Shown here: piece after piece, positions 1-10,622 of the stretch | Layout of the letters: every line of letters starts with the position of its first letter | Position numbering within the stretch: the first letter of the stretch is position 1 | NCBI GenBank assembly: GCA_963727625.1 | Contig: CAVSHR010000004.1 | Span: forward strand, 1,248,001-1,312,000 | From: an uncultured delta proteobacterium | GTDB taxonomy: Bacteria; Desulfobacterota; Binatia; UBA9968 | Direction: 5' to 3' | Length of the DNA stretch: 64,000 nucleotides | Program-made: the position numbers and the translations under genes | The notes under the pieces: generated by a model | Seen by the model: the letters and a program-made list of their open reading frames with translations, nothing else | Database searches by the model: none | What the model was told of the DNA's origin: nothing

Positions 1-505
1 GCACATCCGACGCGTTTAATGTTCCGGTAAGAAACTCCGACGAGGTCGTCACCACCGCCGCGCGGGACCCAGCTTGCACGTCGCTTAAGCGCACGCCTTG
101 CCCCCTCCACAAGATCTCATTGGGCTCCCGGCGCCGTAGTGTTACGTCCAATGTGAGCACCGATTCGTACTGCAACACTTCGTCTTTTCGGTTGACCGAA
201 GCGGTCCTTTGCTCAAGCGATCGAACCACGCCGCTTAAAATCAGGTCAGCCTGCTCGGGTTGCTCGACGACCTTAAGGCGGCCACGGCGATAGAATTCTC
301 CCCGCAGCGCCGACGTGAGCTCTTTGTCCATTCCGACATCGCGGCTGCGATTGACGAAGGGTTCCACATATACGGTCCGGGCGTCCTTGGGTAAGAGCGA
401 ACTCTCCCCGGCGAATTGGTAGCCGCATCCACCGAGGGCCGGCAGCAATATCGCCACAACGAGATAATTCCACCAACGCCGCCGGAGCCCATCGCGATCG
501 TGCAT
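1..505 (-). CDS. lptE: LPS assembly lipoprotein LptE (3' end runs off the window)
   Basis: Not in ORF track; manual translation from ATG 505: MHDRDGLRRRWWNYLVVAILLPALGGCGYQFAG...VYVEPFVNRS...ADLILSGVV; lipobox LGGC followed by GY; immediately downstream of leuS as in the leuS-lptE-holA arrangement. Confidence 0.8.
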   Translation of the reverse strand, partial: MHDRDGLRRRWWNYLVVAILLPALGGCGYQFAGESSLLPKDARTVYVEPFVNRSRDVGMDKELTSALRGEFYRRGRLKVVEQPEQADLILSGVVRSLEQRTASVNRKDEVLQYESVLTLDVTLRRREPNEILWRGQGVRLSDVQAGSRAAVVTTSSEFLTGTLNASDV

Positions 506-509
506 TGTC

Positions 510-3107
510 TTAGCTCTCCACAACGATATTCACTAAGCGGCGCGGTACATAGACTACGCGCTGAACCTTTTTACCGAGTAGCAACCCGGCGACCTTGGGA
601 TCGGCCAGGGCGTCGGTCTCGATCCGCTCTTGTGCTACGTCCGCTGGGACCGTGATTTTACCCCTTACTTTTCCATTGACCTGAACGACGATCAACAATC
701 GTTCTTCCTCGAGCGCGTCCCCGGAGTAACTCGGCCACGCCACCTGATCCACTCGCTGATCGTAACCAAGCGCTTCCCACAACTCGGTCGCCGCATGGGG
801 AACGAAGGGCGCGAGGAGCAACACCAAGGTCTCTAACCCCTGCCTTCTCACCTCTGCGGCCGCGCTCGAATCGGCGCTTTGCTGCGAGGCGGCGCTCAAG
901 GCATTGAACAGCTCCATGATCGCGGCAATGGCGGTATTGAAGTGGAACCGCCCGTCGATGTCGTCGGAGACTTTTTTGATGGTTCGGTGAATCGTGCGGC
1001 GCAGATCGCGCAGATCGGCAGATAGCTCCGTCGCGCCGGCCGCCGGCCGACCCTGTGACCACAGGCCGCGCTGATGATAAATCAACCGCCACAGCCGGGA
1101 CAAAAACCGGTAGGCGCCCTCGACGCCTTGATCGCTCCATTCCAAATCTTTTTCTGGCGGCGCCGCGAAAAGGGTAAATAGGCGGGCCGTATCAGCGCCG
1201 TAGCGATTCACCAGATCTTCCGGATCGATAATGTTACGCTTCGACTTGGACATCTTTTCGACTCGGCCGGTGATTACCGGGCGGCCGCACTTGGCGCATT
1301 CCCAACTGTCCTTCTCCGAACCTGTCAGATCGCCGGGAAAAAGCCAGCCATGCTCGCTGCAGCGATAGGTTTCTTTCGATACCATTCCTTGGGTGAGCAG
1401 ATTGGTGAACGGTTCGTCGATCTCGGCGAGTCTCAAATCGCGCAGCGCTTTGGTAAAGAAGCGCGCATAGAGCAAATGCAGCACAGCATGCTCGACACCG
1501 CCGATATACTGATCCACGGCCATCCAGTAGTGCGCTTTCTCAGAGTCGAACGGCGCGCCGTCGAAACCGGCGGAAGTGTAACGGAGAAAATACCACGACG
1601 AATCGACAAAAGTGTCCATGGTATCGGTCTCGCGCCGAGCTGCGGTGCCGCATTTTGGACAGGCAACTTGCAGGAAAAGCTTGCTTTCGCCCAATGGCGA
1701 GCTGCCCTTGCCGCTAATCGGTACTTCCTTAGGCAACTCCACCGGCAAATCATTTTCCGGCACCGGCACGGTGCCACAGCGGTCGCAATAGATGATCGGA
1801 ATCGGCGTGCCCCAATAACGCTGTCGGGAAACTCCCCAATCGCGCAAACGGTATCTAATCGCTTTTTTGCCCCAGCCCTGAGCTTCGGCATGAGCGGCAA
1901 TTTTTTCCTTGCCGTCTAGGTTCGCCAGGCCGGAAAATTCAGCGCTATCGGCCATCACACCTTCATCGACATAAGCTTCGGCTAGCAATTCGGCGCTAAG
2001 AGATCGGTCCCGCGGTTGAATCACGACGCGAATCGGCAGACCGTACTTTTTGGCGAATTCGAAATCCCGTTGGTCATGGGCGGGCACCGCCATCACCGCA
2101 CCAGTACCGTACTCCATCAAGACAAAATTCGCCAAGTAAATCGGAATTGCCTCACGGGTAAACGGATTGCGGCAGTAGGCGCCGGTAAAAACACCCTCTT
2201 TCTCGGTCTCTTCGTCGCCCCGTTTGGCCTGGCTGATTTTTTTAAATTGGTCTATGAATTTTTCGACCGCCTGCTGCTGCGTCGTGCCGCGCGCAAGTGT
2301 GAGCGCCAGCGGATGCTCTACCGCTAAAGATACAAAGGTTGCGCCGAAGATTGTGTCCGGCCTGGTGGTAAAAATGCGCAGCGAGCCGTCATGCCCCTGC
2401 AGCGGAAAGTCTATTTCCGCGCCGATCGACTTGCCGATCCAGTTGCGCTGCATGGTAACGACTTTTTCAGGCCAACCGCTGAGCTTGTCCAAATCCTGGA
2501 GAAGTTCTTCAGCATAATCCGTGATCCGGAAGAACCACTGCTCCAGCTCCTTTTGTACGACCGCAGAATCGCAGCGCCAGCAGGCACCGTCGACCACCTG
2601 CTCATTGGCCAGGACCGTTTCGCAGGACGGACACCAGTTGACGAAGGAATTTTTTTTGTAAGCCAGTCCCTTTTTGAAAAACTGCAGAAAGATCCATTGA
2701 TTCCAACGGTAATATTCCGGTTGGCAAGTGGCCACCTCGCGCGCCCAATCGTAGGAAAGACCCATACGTTTGAGCTGGGTCTTCATGTAGAGAATATTTT
2801 CCTCTGTCCAAGCTTGGGGATGCACGCCACGCTCAATGGCAGCGTTCTCCGCGGGCAAGCCGAAGGCGTCCCAGCCCATCGGATGGAGCACATTGAAGCC
2901 GCGCATGCGCTTGTAGCGCGCCACCACGTCGCCGATGGAATAATTGCGCACATGGCCCATGTGAATGCGCCCCGATGGATAGGGGAACATTTCCAAGACG
3001 TAGTACTTTGGCTTTGACGCATCTTCCACGACGTCGAACGATCGATCTTCCGCCCAGATTCGTTGCCACTTCTCTTCGATAGCTTTGGCTTGATAGCGCT
3101 CTTCCAT
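510..3107 (-). CDS. leuS: Leucine--tRNA ligase
   Basis: [13 protein letters not shown] (HIGH-like), [20 protein letters not shown] editing motif; 865 aa. Confidence 0.98.
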   Translation of the reverse strand: MEERYQAKAIEEKWQRIWAEDRSFDVVEDASKPKYYVLEMFPYPSGRIHMGHVRNYSIGDVVARYKRMRGFNVLHPMGWDAFGLPAENAAIERGVHPQAWTEENILYMKTQLKRMGLSYDWAREVATCQPEYYRWNQWIFLQFFKKGLAYKKNSFVNWCPSCETVLANEQVVDGACWRCDSAVVQKELEQWFFRITDYAEELLQDLDKLSGWPEKVVTMQRNWIGKSIGAEIDFPLQGHDGSLRIFTTRPDTIFGATFVSLAVEHPLALTLARGTTQQQAVEKFIDQFKKISQAKRGDEETEKEGVFTGAYCRNPFTREAIPIYLANFVLMEYGTGAVMAVPAHDQRDFEFAKKYGLPIRVVIQPRDRSLSAELLAEAYVDEGVMADSAEFSGLANLDGKEKIAAHAEAQGWGKKAIRYRLRDWGVSRQRYWGTPIPIIYCDRCGTVPVPENDLPVELPKEVPISGKGSSPLGESKLFLQVACPKCGTAARRETDTMDTFVDSSWYFLRYTSAGFDGAPFDSEKAHYWMAVDQYIGGVEHAVLHLLYARFFTKALRDLRLAEIDEPFTNLLTQGMVSKETYRCSEHGWLFPGDLTGSEKDSWECAKCGRPVITGRVEKMSKSKRNIIDPEDLVNRYGADTARLFTLFAAPPEKDLEWSDQGVEGAYRFLSRLWRLIYHQRGLWSQGRPAAGATELSADLRDLRRTIHRTIKKVSDDIDGRFHFNTAIAAIMELFNALSAASQQSADSSAAAEVRRQGLETLVLLLAPFVPHAATELWEALGYDQRVDQVAWPSYSGDALEEERLLIVVQVNGKVRGKITVPADVAQERIETDALADPKVAGLLLGKKVQRVVYVPRRLVNIVVES

Positions 3108-3112
3108 GGAAT

Positions 3113-3577
3113 TTAAATCACTGATTTTTTCAAATTTTGCGATTGCAGGATTTGATCCAGCACTCCGTTAATAAATTTGGCAGACTCCTCATTGCCGAAG
3201 CGCTTGGCGATCTCGATGGCCTCATCGAAGCTCACCGAAGAAGGAATATCTGGGCAATGGATCAACTCGTAGGCTGCCATGCGCAGGATCACCAAGTCCA
3301 CCTTGGCCAAGCGGGCAAGCTTCCAGTTGTCGGTGCACGCCTCGATCATCCGGTCGATCTCTGCATGTTGACTGACGACACCCGAGACCAGGCGGCGGGC
3401 GAACTCTTTGGCCTGCGCGTTACCTTCAAAATGGCGCAAAAAAAGTTCCACCGCGCCCACCGACGGATCGCCGGTGATTTCGATTTGGTACAACGCCTGC
3501 AAGGCTAACTCTCGCCCCTTTCGGCGCGTGCCCTTGACTGCGTGGACCACAGTCGATTCCTGGTGATTTTCTGACAA
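3113..3577 (-). CDS. nusB: Transcription antitermination factor NusB
   Basis: [31 protein letters not shown]; follows ribH. Confidence 0.95.
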   Translation of the reverse strand: MSENHQESTVVHAVKGTRRKGRELALQALYQIEITGDPSVGAVELFLRHFEGNAQAKEFARRLVSGVVSQHAEIDRMIEACTDNWKLARLAKVDLVILRMAAYELIHCPDIPSSVSFDEAIEIAKRFGNEESAKFINGVLDQILQSQNLKKSVI

Positions 3578-3619
3578 TGAATACTCTGCGATTTATTTGC
3601 GGCGCCGCATGCAATCGCG

Positions 3620-4087
3620 CTATGGCAGTTGCCGAATGACATGCGCCATTTCGACGGCCGTCAGCAGCGCCTCATAGCCCTTATTGGCGTCCTTGGCACC
3701 GGCCCGCTCCATGGCCTGCTGCACGTCGTCGGTGGTCAACACGCCGAACCCGATCGGGATTTTGTAAGTCCGCACGGCGTCGCCGATGCCGCGCGTTACC
3801 GCGTCGCAAACGTAGTCAAAATGCGGCGTGTCGCCGCGGATCACCGCGCCGAGACAAACCAGCGCGTCGTATTTGCCGCTCGCCGCCATCTTTTCCACGA
3901 TTAGGGAAATTTCAAAAGCACCGGGGACGCGCACGATGGTCAGCTTGTCGTCTTCGCCGCCGTGGCTCTTGAAACCGTCGATCGCGCCATCGAGAAGCTT
4001 TTCGGTGATAAAATTGTTGAACCGGCTGCAGACGATGCCGATTTTTAGCCCCTGGGCGTCATTCTTCCCCTCGAGAACCTGTGCCAT
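3620..4087 (-). CDS. ribH: 6,7-dimethyl-8-ribityllumazine synthase
   Basis: SRFNNFIT, VPGAFEI, LGAVIRGDTPHFDYV, FGVLTTD. Confidence 0.97.
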   Translation of the reverse strand: MAQVLEGKNDAQGLKIGIVCSRFNNFITEKLLDGAIDGFKSHGGEDDKLTIVRVPGAFEISLIVEKMAASGKYDALVCLGAVIRGDTPHFDYVCDAVTRGIGDAVRTYKIPIGFGVLTTDDVQQAMERAGAKDANKGYEALLTAVEMAHVIRQLP

Positions 4088-4111
4088 GAATCACTGCGCC
4101 GCCCTGAGCGC

Positions 4112-5338
4112 TTAGCTTTTGGCGGACTTGCCTTCGAGGTTTGACAGCAGATGGCCCAACTTCCTCTGCTTGGTGCGCAGGTAGTGGATGTTGCTCTCCC
4201 TCGGCGTCACCTCGAGCGGAACCCGTTCCGCGACCTTTATGCCGTAACCTTCGAGTCCTGTGATCTTGCGTGGATTGTTGGTAAGCAACGCAATCTTTTG
4301 CACTTTGAGGTCGCGCAGGATCTGTGCGCTTATGCCGTAATCGCGGAGGTCCTCCTTGAAACCGAGGTCGAGGTTCGCTTCGACCGTATCGCGACCCTGG
4401 TCTTGCAGGGCGTAGGCACGAATCTTGTTCGTCAGGCCGATACCGCGCCCTTCCTGATGCATGTAAATAAGCACACCTTTACCCTGCTGATCGATCAACC
4501 GTAGCGACTGGCGGATTTGATCACCACAATCGCAGCGCTCCGAGCCGAAGACATCCCCGGTCAAACATTCCGAGTGAACCCGTACCAACACACACTCGGC
4601 ATTTTCCACATCGCCTTTGACCAACGCCATATGCTCGACGTGATCGACCTCGTTGCGATAGACGATCGCCCGATACATACCGCCGTGAAGCGTCGGAAAC
4701 TCCTGTTCGGCGACCCGCTGGACCAAACTTTCGCTGCGCAGTCTATAGGCAATTAAGTTCGCCACCGAAATGACCTTAAGGCCCTGCTGATCGGCGAGTC
4801 GTTCGAGCGCCGGCAGCAATGCCACTGAACCGTCCTCGTCCAAGATTTGGCAAATCGCCCCAGCCGGCTTGAAACCCGCCAAACGTGCCAAATCCACTGA
4901 TGCATCGGTCCGCCCTGAACGCGCTAACACTCCGCCGCTACGTGCCTGGAGCGGCTGCACGTGACCGGGGATGACCAGATCTTCGTGCTTAGTTTGGTCC
5001 GCGATGACCGTCTTTATCGTATGGGCGCGGCCTTGCGCCGAAACTCCGTGCACGCCTTCCAAACTTATCGAGAAAGACGCGCCGCAAATCAGACCCGCCA
5101 GCCGGCTGTTCTCCTCCGGAATCATCGGCATGCCTAGCTCGCGGATCCGTTCATCGGTTAAGGTCACGTAGATTATCCCGCGACCAAAACGCAGCATGTA
5201 ATTAAGACTCTCCGGGGTCACCTTCTCGGCGGCGACACAAAAGAAACCGTCGCTGTCCGGCGCGTCTTCGTCGACTAAAACAATCACGCGACCGTTACGA
5301 ATTTCCTCAAGACCTTCTTCGATGGTGGAGATTGGCAT
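4112..5338 (-). CDS. ribBA: RibBA-type fusion: degenerate DHBP synthase domain + intact GTP cyclohydrolase II
   Basis: C-terminal VRVHSECLTGDVFGSERCDC, QEGRGIGL, LLTNNPRK intact; N-terminal RibB fold with catalytic motifs altered (see findings). Confidence 0.9.
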   Translation of the reverse strand: MPISTIEEGLEEIRNGRVIVLVDEDAPDSDGFFCVAAEKVTPESLNYMLRFGRGIIYVTLTDERIRELGMPMIPEENSRLAGLICGASFSISLEGVHGVSAQGRAHTIKTVIADQTKHEDLVIPGHVQPLQARSGGVLARSGRTDASVDLARLAGFKPAGAICQILDEDGSVALLPALERLADQQGLKVISVANLIAYRLRSESLVQRVAEQEFPTLHGGMYRAIVYRNEVDHVEHMALVKGDVENAECVLVRVHSECLTGDVFGSERCDCGDQIRQSLRLIDQQGKGVLIYMHQEGRGIGLTNKIRAYALQDQGRDTVEANLDLGFKEDLRDYGISAQILRDLKVQKIALLTNNPRKITGLEGYGIKVAERVPLEVTPRESNIHYLRTKQRKLGHLLSNLEGKSAKS

Positions 5339-5375
5339 GGGCTAGAGCAGGGTTAGTAAACGAATCCTGGTTGGG

Positions 5376-5969
5376 TTATTTGCGCTGTTTCATGAATCTT
5401 CGGACATATTTACCGATTAGATCGGTTTCGATGTTGACTTTATCACCAACCCTGCGACCGCGCAAATTCGTATGACGCAAGGTAAATGGAATGATCGCGA
5501 CCGAAAACCGGACGGCCGTGCATTGATTCACGGTAAGACTGATGCCGTCGACAGCGACCGACCCCTTCGACACCAATAATCCACCCAAGTGGCCCGGAAT
5601 AAGGAAGCTCAAGATCGTAAAGTCGCCCTGTTTCTTGATCGCTGCGAGGGTACCGACGCCGTCCACATGACCGGTCACCAGATGGCCGCCAAGCCGTTCT
5701 TGCAGGCGCATCGGTTGCTCGAGGTTAACCAGGCTGCCGGCATTCAGGCTTGCCAGGTTGGTCCGGCCAAGAGTTTCCGGCGAAACATCCACGGTGAACG
5801 CACTCTTGTGCTTCTTGACGACAGTCAAGCACGCACCGTTGACGGCAATGCTGGCGCCGAGCGGCATCGACCGAACCGTTAGTTTGGTCTTGATCGTCAA
5901 TACCGCCGCGCCTTTTTTCCTCTTCAGCGCGCTGATGACACCGATATCTTCAATCAATCCGGTAAACAT
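5376..5969 (-). CDS. ribE: Riboflavin synthase (alpha chain)
   Basis: MFTGL start, SIAVNGACLTV, GGHLVTGHVD, KGSVAVDGISLT. Confidence 0.97.
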   Translation of the reverse strand: MFTGLIEDIGVISALKRKKGAAVLTIKTKLTVRSMPLGASIAVNGACLTVVKKHKSAFTVDVSPETLGRTNLASLNAGSLVNLEQPMRLQERLGGHLVTGHVDGVGTLAAIKKQGDFTILSFLIPGHLGGLLVSKGSVAVDGISLTVNQCTAVRFSVAIIPFTLRHTNLRGRRVGDKVNIETDLIGKYVRRFMKQRK

Positions 5970-6021
5970 ATGCCCAGCTCAATCATGAATTTTCGTCGAC
6001 GGCATCGCTCGCGCTCCGCGC

Positions 6022-7125
6022 CTACAGATAACCGGTCATCAACAAGTCGCCGCCGGATCGGGTAAAACGGCAATTTTTGACAACGATCGCTTGTTTGACC
6101 CGCCGTAGCCCCAATCCATCGATCATCGGCCGGCCGTCGCCACCGAGAATTTTGGGCGCATAGAAAAACAAGACTTTGTCGACAATCTTTGCCTTGAGGG
6201 CGGAGGCCGCGATAGTTCCGCCGCCTTCGATCAAAATGCAGACCACACCCAAACTCGCCAGTCTTCTCAGCAACGGCCGCCACGCCACTTGCCCGCGCTT
6301 GAGCGGCAGGCGCCACACCTGCGCGCCGAGCGCTTTGACGGCTTGTTCCTTGGGCGTAGAAGCACGCGCGCCCGCCGCGACAATCGTCTTTTGCACGTCC
6401 GCTTGATGAAGCACCTGGGCCGCGAGCGAGATGCGCAGGCGACTATCCAAGATTACCCGCCGGGGATTGCGACCGCCGGCGATTCGACAAGTCAATTGCG
6501 GGTCATCCGCTCGCAGCGTGCCGGAGCCAACCAAAACGGCGTCGACTTCGTTGCGCAGCCGATGCACGGCACGGCGCGACCGTTCACCGCTGATCCAGTG
6601 CGAATCTCCGTTCGCCGTGGCAATCCGCCCGTCCAGCGACGCCGCCAATTTGAGCGTCACGAACGGCATACGCCGGGTGATGAATTTCGCAAATTCCTCG
6701 ATCAATTCGCGACATTGTTCTTCAAGCACGCCGACACGAACCTTGACGCCCGCTCGGCGCAGCTGGCGAATGCCGCGCCCCGCGACCAGAGGGTTGGGAT
6801 CCCTCGTCCCGCACACAACTTCGGCGATGCCGGCGCGAATGACCGCGGCCGCGCAGGGCGGCGTGCGGCCATGATGGCTGCACGGTTCGAGAGTGAGGTA
6901 CAGTGTTGCGCCTCGAGCCTTCGCTCCGGCGCCCTTGAGCGCGATGATTTCGGCATGGTCGCCGCCAGCGAATCGATGGTAGCCGCTGCCGACGATCTTG
7001 CCGGCGCGTACGATTACGGCGCCGACCATCGGGTTGGGGCTGGTTCGGCCCGCCGCTCGCCTGGCTAGCCGGCAGGCAATGCGGAGATAATATTCGTCTT
7101 GGGCGTCGCGGCGAGACTCAGCCAA
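6022..7125 (-). CDS. ribD: Bifunctional pyrimidine deaminase/reductase RibD
   Basis: PNPMVGAV, HAE, TLEPCSHHGRTPPC, KLAASLDG, IEGGG. Confidence 0.97.
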   Translation of the reverse strand: MAESRRDAQDEYYLRIACRLARRAAGRTSPNPMVGAVIVRAGKIVGSGYHRFAGGDHAEIIALKGAGAKARGATLYLTLEPCSHHGRTPPCAAAVIRAGIAEVVCGTRDPNPLVAGRGIRQLRRAGVKVRVGVLEEQCRELIEEFAKFITRRMPFVTLKLAASLDGRIATANGDSHWISGERSRRAVHRLRNEVDAVLVGSGTLRADDPQLTCRIAGGRNPRRVILDSRLRISLAAQVLHQADVQKTIVAAGARASTPKEQAVKALGAQVWRLPLKRGQVAWRPLLRRLASLGVVCILIEGGGTIAASALKAKIVDKVLFFYAPKILGGDGRPMIDGLGLRRVKQAIVVKNCRFTRSGGDLLMTGYL

Positions 7126-7130
7126 CGATG

Positions 7131-7634
7131 CTATTCCCGTTTCTGCCGCAGCTCGGCGACCTTGGCCGAGGGCGCGCCCTTGCGCTCTTTAAGCAGCTCT
7201 TCAAGCTCGACCATGAACTCGCTAATGTCTTTGAACGAACGGTAAACCGAAGCGAATCGCACGTACGCGACCGGATCGGTGTCATGCAGCTCGCGCATGA
7301 GGGTTTCACCGATCACCGAGCTCGCGATCTCCTTCTCGCCGCGCTCCTGCACCGACCGCTCGATGTGATCGGCGATTGCTTCGATGGTGTTGATGCTCAC
7401 CGGCCGCTTTTCGCAAGCGCGCTTCAGGCCGTTGATGATCTTCATCCGGTCGTAACTCTCGCGCCGCCCGTCCTTTTTAACCACCATAGGCATCATCTCC
7501 TCGACCCGTTCGTAGGTCGTGAAGCGGCGGGTGCAGCGCTCGCATTCGCGCCGGCGCCGGATCATGTTGCTGTCCTTGCTCAAGCGCGAATCGATGACGC
7601 GATTTTGGGTTTCGTGGCAAAAGGGACACTTCAT
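7131..7634 (-). CDS. nrdR: Transcriptional repressor NrdR
   Basis: [26 protein letters not shown]-cone, [10 protein letters not shown]. Confidence 0.97.
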   Translation of the reverse strand: MKCPFCHETQNRVIDSRLSKDSNMIRRRRECERCTRRFTTYERVEEMMPMVVKKDGRRESYDRMKIINGLKRACEKRPVSINTIEAIADHIERSVQERGEKEIASSVIGETLMRELHDTDPVAYVRFASVYRSFKDISEFMVELEELLKERKGAPSAKVAELRQKRE

Positions 7635-7691
7635 AACAAATTTCGTACCTACCGGAGCGTCATTCGAAAACGGCGATCGGCAAATCCCAAA

Positions 7692-8945
7692 TTAGTCCTT
7701 CCCCAGCCGGTGGGGGTAGACCGGGAATTGCTTGCACAGCGCGCCGACCTCATCGGCGATGGCGCGAAGCGCCGCATCGTCAGCCACATGATTGAGCGCG
7801 CGGGCGATGAAGTCCGCGATCGCCGCCATTTCATCTTCTTTCATCCCGCGCGTCGTCACCGCCGGCGTGCCGATGCGAATGCCGCTGGTCACGAACGGCG
7901 AGCGGGTGTCGAACGGCACGGCGTTGCGATTAACCGTGATGCACGCCTTATCCAAAGTCTCCTGCGCCGCTTTACCGGTGAGCTCGGATTTGCGTAGATC
8001 GACGAGCATCAAATGATTGTCGGTGCCGTCGGAGGTCAGGCGAAACCCCTTGTCCATTAATCCATGAGCGAGTGTTTGCGCATTTTTCACAATCTGCCGC
8101 TGGTAATCCTTGAAATCGGCGTGTAAGGCCTCTTTGAGCGCTACGGCTTTGGCTGCGATTACATGCATCAACGGCCCGCCCTGCATACCGGGAAAGACCT
8201 TGCTGTCGATCCCTTTGGCGTGCTCCGCTTTGCACAGCACCATGCCGCCGCGCGGGCCGCGCAAAGTCTTATGTGTGGTCGTGGTCACAAAATCCGCGTA
8301 GGGCACCGGGCTCGGATGCAGTCCGGCCGCCACCAAACCGGCGATATGGGCCATGTCGACCATGAGCAGGGCGCCAACTTCATCGGCGATCCGGCGAAAT
8401 CGCGCATAATCGATGATCCGCGGATAGGCGCTGGCACCGGCAACGATCAATTTGGGCCGGTGTTCCTTCGCCAATCGATCGAGTTCATCGTAATCGATGG
8501 TTTCGGTTTTTTCAGCGACACCGTAAGGAATGACTTTGTAAATAAATCCGGAAAAGTTCACCGGACTGCCCATCGACAGATGGCCGCCATGGGCGAGATT
8601 CATGCCGAGATAGGTATCGCCGGGCTTCAAAACGGACAGGTAAACCGTCATGTTCGCCTGTGACCCGGAATGAGGTTGCACGTTGGCGTGATCGGCGCCG
8701 AAAAGCTCTTTGGCCCGGGCAATCGCCAGCGACTCGACGACGTCGACACATTCGCAGCCGCCGTAGTATCGCTTGCCGGGATAGCCCTCGGCGTATTTGT
8801 TGGTCATTACGCTGCCCTGCGCCTCCAGGACCGCTTCGCTCACCACGTTTTCCGAAGCGATCAGCTCGAGGTTGCCCTCCAGCCGGCGAGTCTCATTTTG
8901 AATCGCCGCGAACACCTCGGCATCGGTTTTTTCCAGAAATGTCAT
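7692..8945 (-). CDS. glyA: Serine hydroxymethyltransferase
   Basis: [35 protein letters not shown]. Confidence 0.98.
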   Translation of the reverse strand: MTFLEKTDAEVFAAIQNETRRLEGNLELIASENVVSEAVLEAQGSVMTNKYAEGYPGKRYYGGCECVDVVESLAIARAKELFGADHANVQPHSGSQANMTVYLSVLKPGDTYLGMNLAHGGHLSMGSPVNFSGFIYKVIPYGVAEKTETIDYDELDRLAKEHRPKLIVAGASAYPRIIDYARFRRIADEVGALLMVDMAHIAGLVAAGLHPSPVPYADFVTTTTHKTLRGPRGGMVLCKAEHAKGIDSKVFPGMQGGPLMHVIAAKAVALKEALHADFKDYQRQIVKNAQTLAHGLMDKGFRLTSDGTDNHLMLVDLRKSELTGKAAQETLDKACITVNRNAVPFDTRSPFVTSGIRIGTPAVTTRGMKEDEMAAIADFIARALNHVADDAALRAIADEVGALCKQFPVYPHRLGKD

Positions 8946-8963
8946 CTCAGATCCTTCGTTCGG

Positions 8964-9446
8964 TTACTTTTTCTGCGCTTCGTCTGGGAGCCGAACGCCG
9001 AGATGGGCTTCGACTTGGTTGATCTTATCGATGCGGCGCTGATGCCGCCCCCCGGCAAACGGCGTCACTAACCAAGCCTCGATAATTTGCCGCGCTAAAG
9101 CCTTGTCCGTCTTGGCCCCGCTTAGGACCAGGATGTTAGAGTCGTTGTGTTCTCGGCTCGAGCGCGCGCCATCGACATCTTGGACCAGAGCAGCGCGCAC
9201 CCGGGGGAATTTGTTGGCGATGATCGACATTCCGATCCCGCTCGTGCAAATCAGCACACCGCGCTCGGCTTGACCAGAGGAGACCGACAGGGACACCTCC
9301 TTGCCGAAGTCCGGATAGTCCACCGATTCCCGCCCATGGGTGCCGAAGTCGCGCACCTCGACCCCCATGGAGTTCAGCTCGTTGAGTAAAAAGTCTTTAA
9401 GGTCGACGCCGCCGTGGTCGCAGCCGAAAGCGATCATTTTCTCCAT
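8964..9446 (-). CDS. rpiB: Ribose-5-phosphate isomerase B
   Basis: GCDHGG, DYPD, ICTSGIGMSI, REHNDSN, GGRHQRRI; start moved to ATG 9446 (track ORF extends to 9596). Confidence 0.93.
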   Translation of the reverse strand: MEKMIAFGCDHGGVDLKDFLLNELNSMGVEVRDFGTHGRESVDYPDFGKEVSLSVSSGQAERGVLICTSGIGMSIIANKFPRVRAALVQDVDGARSSREHNDSNILVLSGAKTDKALARQIIEAWLVTPFAGGRHQRRIDKINQVEAHLGVRLPDEAQKK

Positions 9447-9610
9447 CAACCAACTCGCCAACTTCGTTTGGCAAAATCGCGCCGGAAATAAAAGAAAATC
9501 GCAGGGCCATGGTCGCGACCATCGCTCCCCTGCGATCTGCGAAGTTTTTTGGGGTCGAAGTTTGGCAACCAAACTAACTGCCCCACTCTTATGCAAGGCC
9601 GCGGGAAATC

Positions 9611-9847
9611 TTAGCGATGGGCCTCGATATAGGAAATAACATCCTGGACGGTCTTGATCTTTTCCGCGTCCTCGTCCGAGATCTCCATTTCATATTCTTC
9701 TTCCAGTGCCATCACCAATTCGACAATGTCAAGCGAGTCGGCCCCCAGATCCTCGATAAAGGAGGCTTCCGGTGTTACTTCCTCCGCACTTACTCCGAGT
9801 TGCTCGCACACGATTTCTTTCACTCTGGCCTGAACAGATGCCGCCAT
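9611..9847 (-). CDS. acpP: Acyl carrier protein
   Basis: [19 protein letters not shown]; GGAGG upstream; alternative GTG start at 9853. Confidence 0.97.
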   Translation of the reverse strand: MAASVQARVKEIVCEQLGVSAEEVTPEASFIEDLGADSLDIVELVMALEEEYEMEISDEDAEKIKTVQDVISYIEAHR

Positions 9848-9874
9848 CTTCACGTACCTCCTGCTACAAATTCC

Positions 9875-10618
9875 TCACATGTACAGCCCGCCGTTAATAC
9901 TAAACACCTGACCGGTTAAATATCCCGCTCCCGCCCCAGCCAGAAATACAATCATCTCGGCAACTTCAGCGCAAGTGCCGAAGCGGCCGACGGGAATTGC
10001 CTTAAGAAATTCCTCGCGCAGCTTTTCCGGCAGCTTCGCCGTCATGTCCGATTCGATGAAGCCCGGGGCTACCGCGTTAACCGTCACCCCGCGCGCGGCG
10101 ACTTCTCGCGCAACCGCTTTGGTAAAACCGATGATCCCCGCCTTCGAGGCAGCGTAGAGAGCCTGCCCGACGTTACCCATCTGCCCCACCACCGATGAGA
10201 GATTTATGATCCGCCCATAACGCTGGCGGATCATGTAACGGGATACGACTTTTGTGCAGAGGACCGTACCTTTGAGATTGGTACCGATAACTTGGTCCCA
10301 ATCCGCCGGCTTCATGCGTATCAACAGATTATCGGAAGTTACGCCAGCATTGTTGACGAGAATATCAATTTTTTTGTGGGCGTCAACGATTTTTTTCACG
10401 GCCACGTCGACTTGCTCTTCCACGACGATGTCAAAGGGAAGAAGCTCGCCCTGTCCCCCCAGGGCCACGATCGCCGCCAAGGACTCTTCGGCGGCGCCCT
10501 GATTACCCCGGTAATTAACAATAACGTAAGCACCGGCTTGCCCGAACGCTAGGGCAATCGCCCGGCCAATGCCTCTGCTGGCTCCGGTGACCAAGGCAAT
10601 TTGACCTTCGAGCCTCAT
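9875..10618 (-). CDS. fabG: 3-oxoacyl-ACP reductase
   Basis: TGASRGIG, NNAG, YAASK; between fabD and acpP. Confidence 0.95.
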   Translation of the reverse strand: MRLEGQIALVTGASRGIGRAIALAFGQAGAYVIVNYRGNQGAAEESLAAIVALGGQGELLPFDIVVEEQVDVAVKKIVDAHKKIDILVNNAGVTSDNLLIRMKPADWDQVIGTNLKGTVLCTKVVSRYMIRQRYGRIINLSSVVGQMGNVGQALYAASKAGIIGFTKAVAREVAARGVTVNAVAPGFIESDMTAKLPEKLREEFLKAIPVGRFGTCAEVAEMIVFLAGAGAGYLTGQVFSINGGLYM

Positions 10619-10622
10619 AGGT

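Noticed and set aside
241-492. Track ORFs 241-492 and 273-476
   Set aside because: Alternative frames of the lptE coding region
7100-7135. FMN riboswitch upstream of the rib genes
   Set aside because: ribD starts 5 nt after nrdR; no room and no RFN motif
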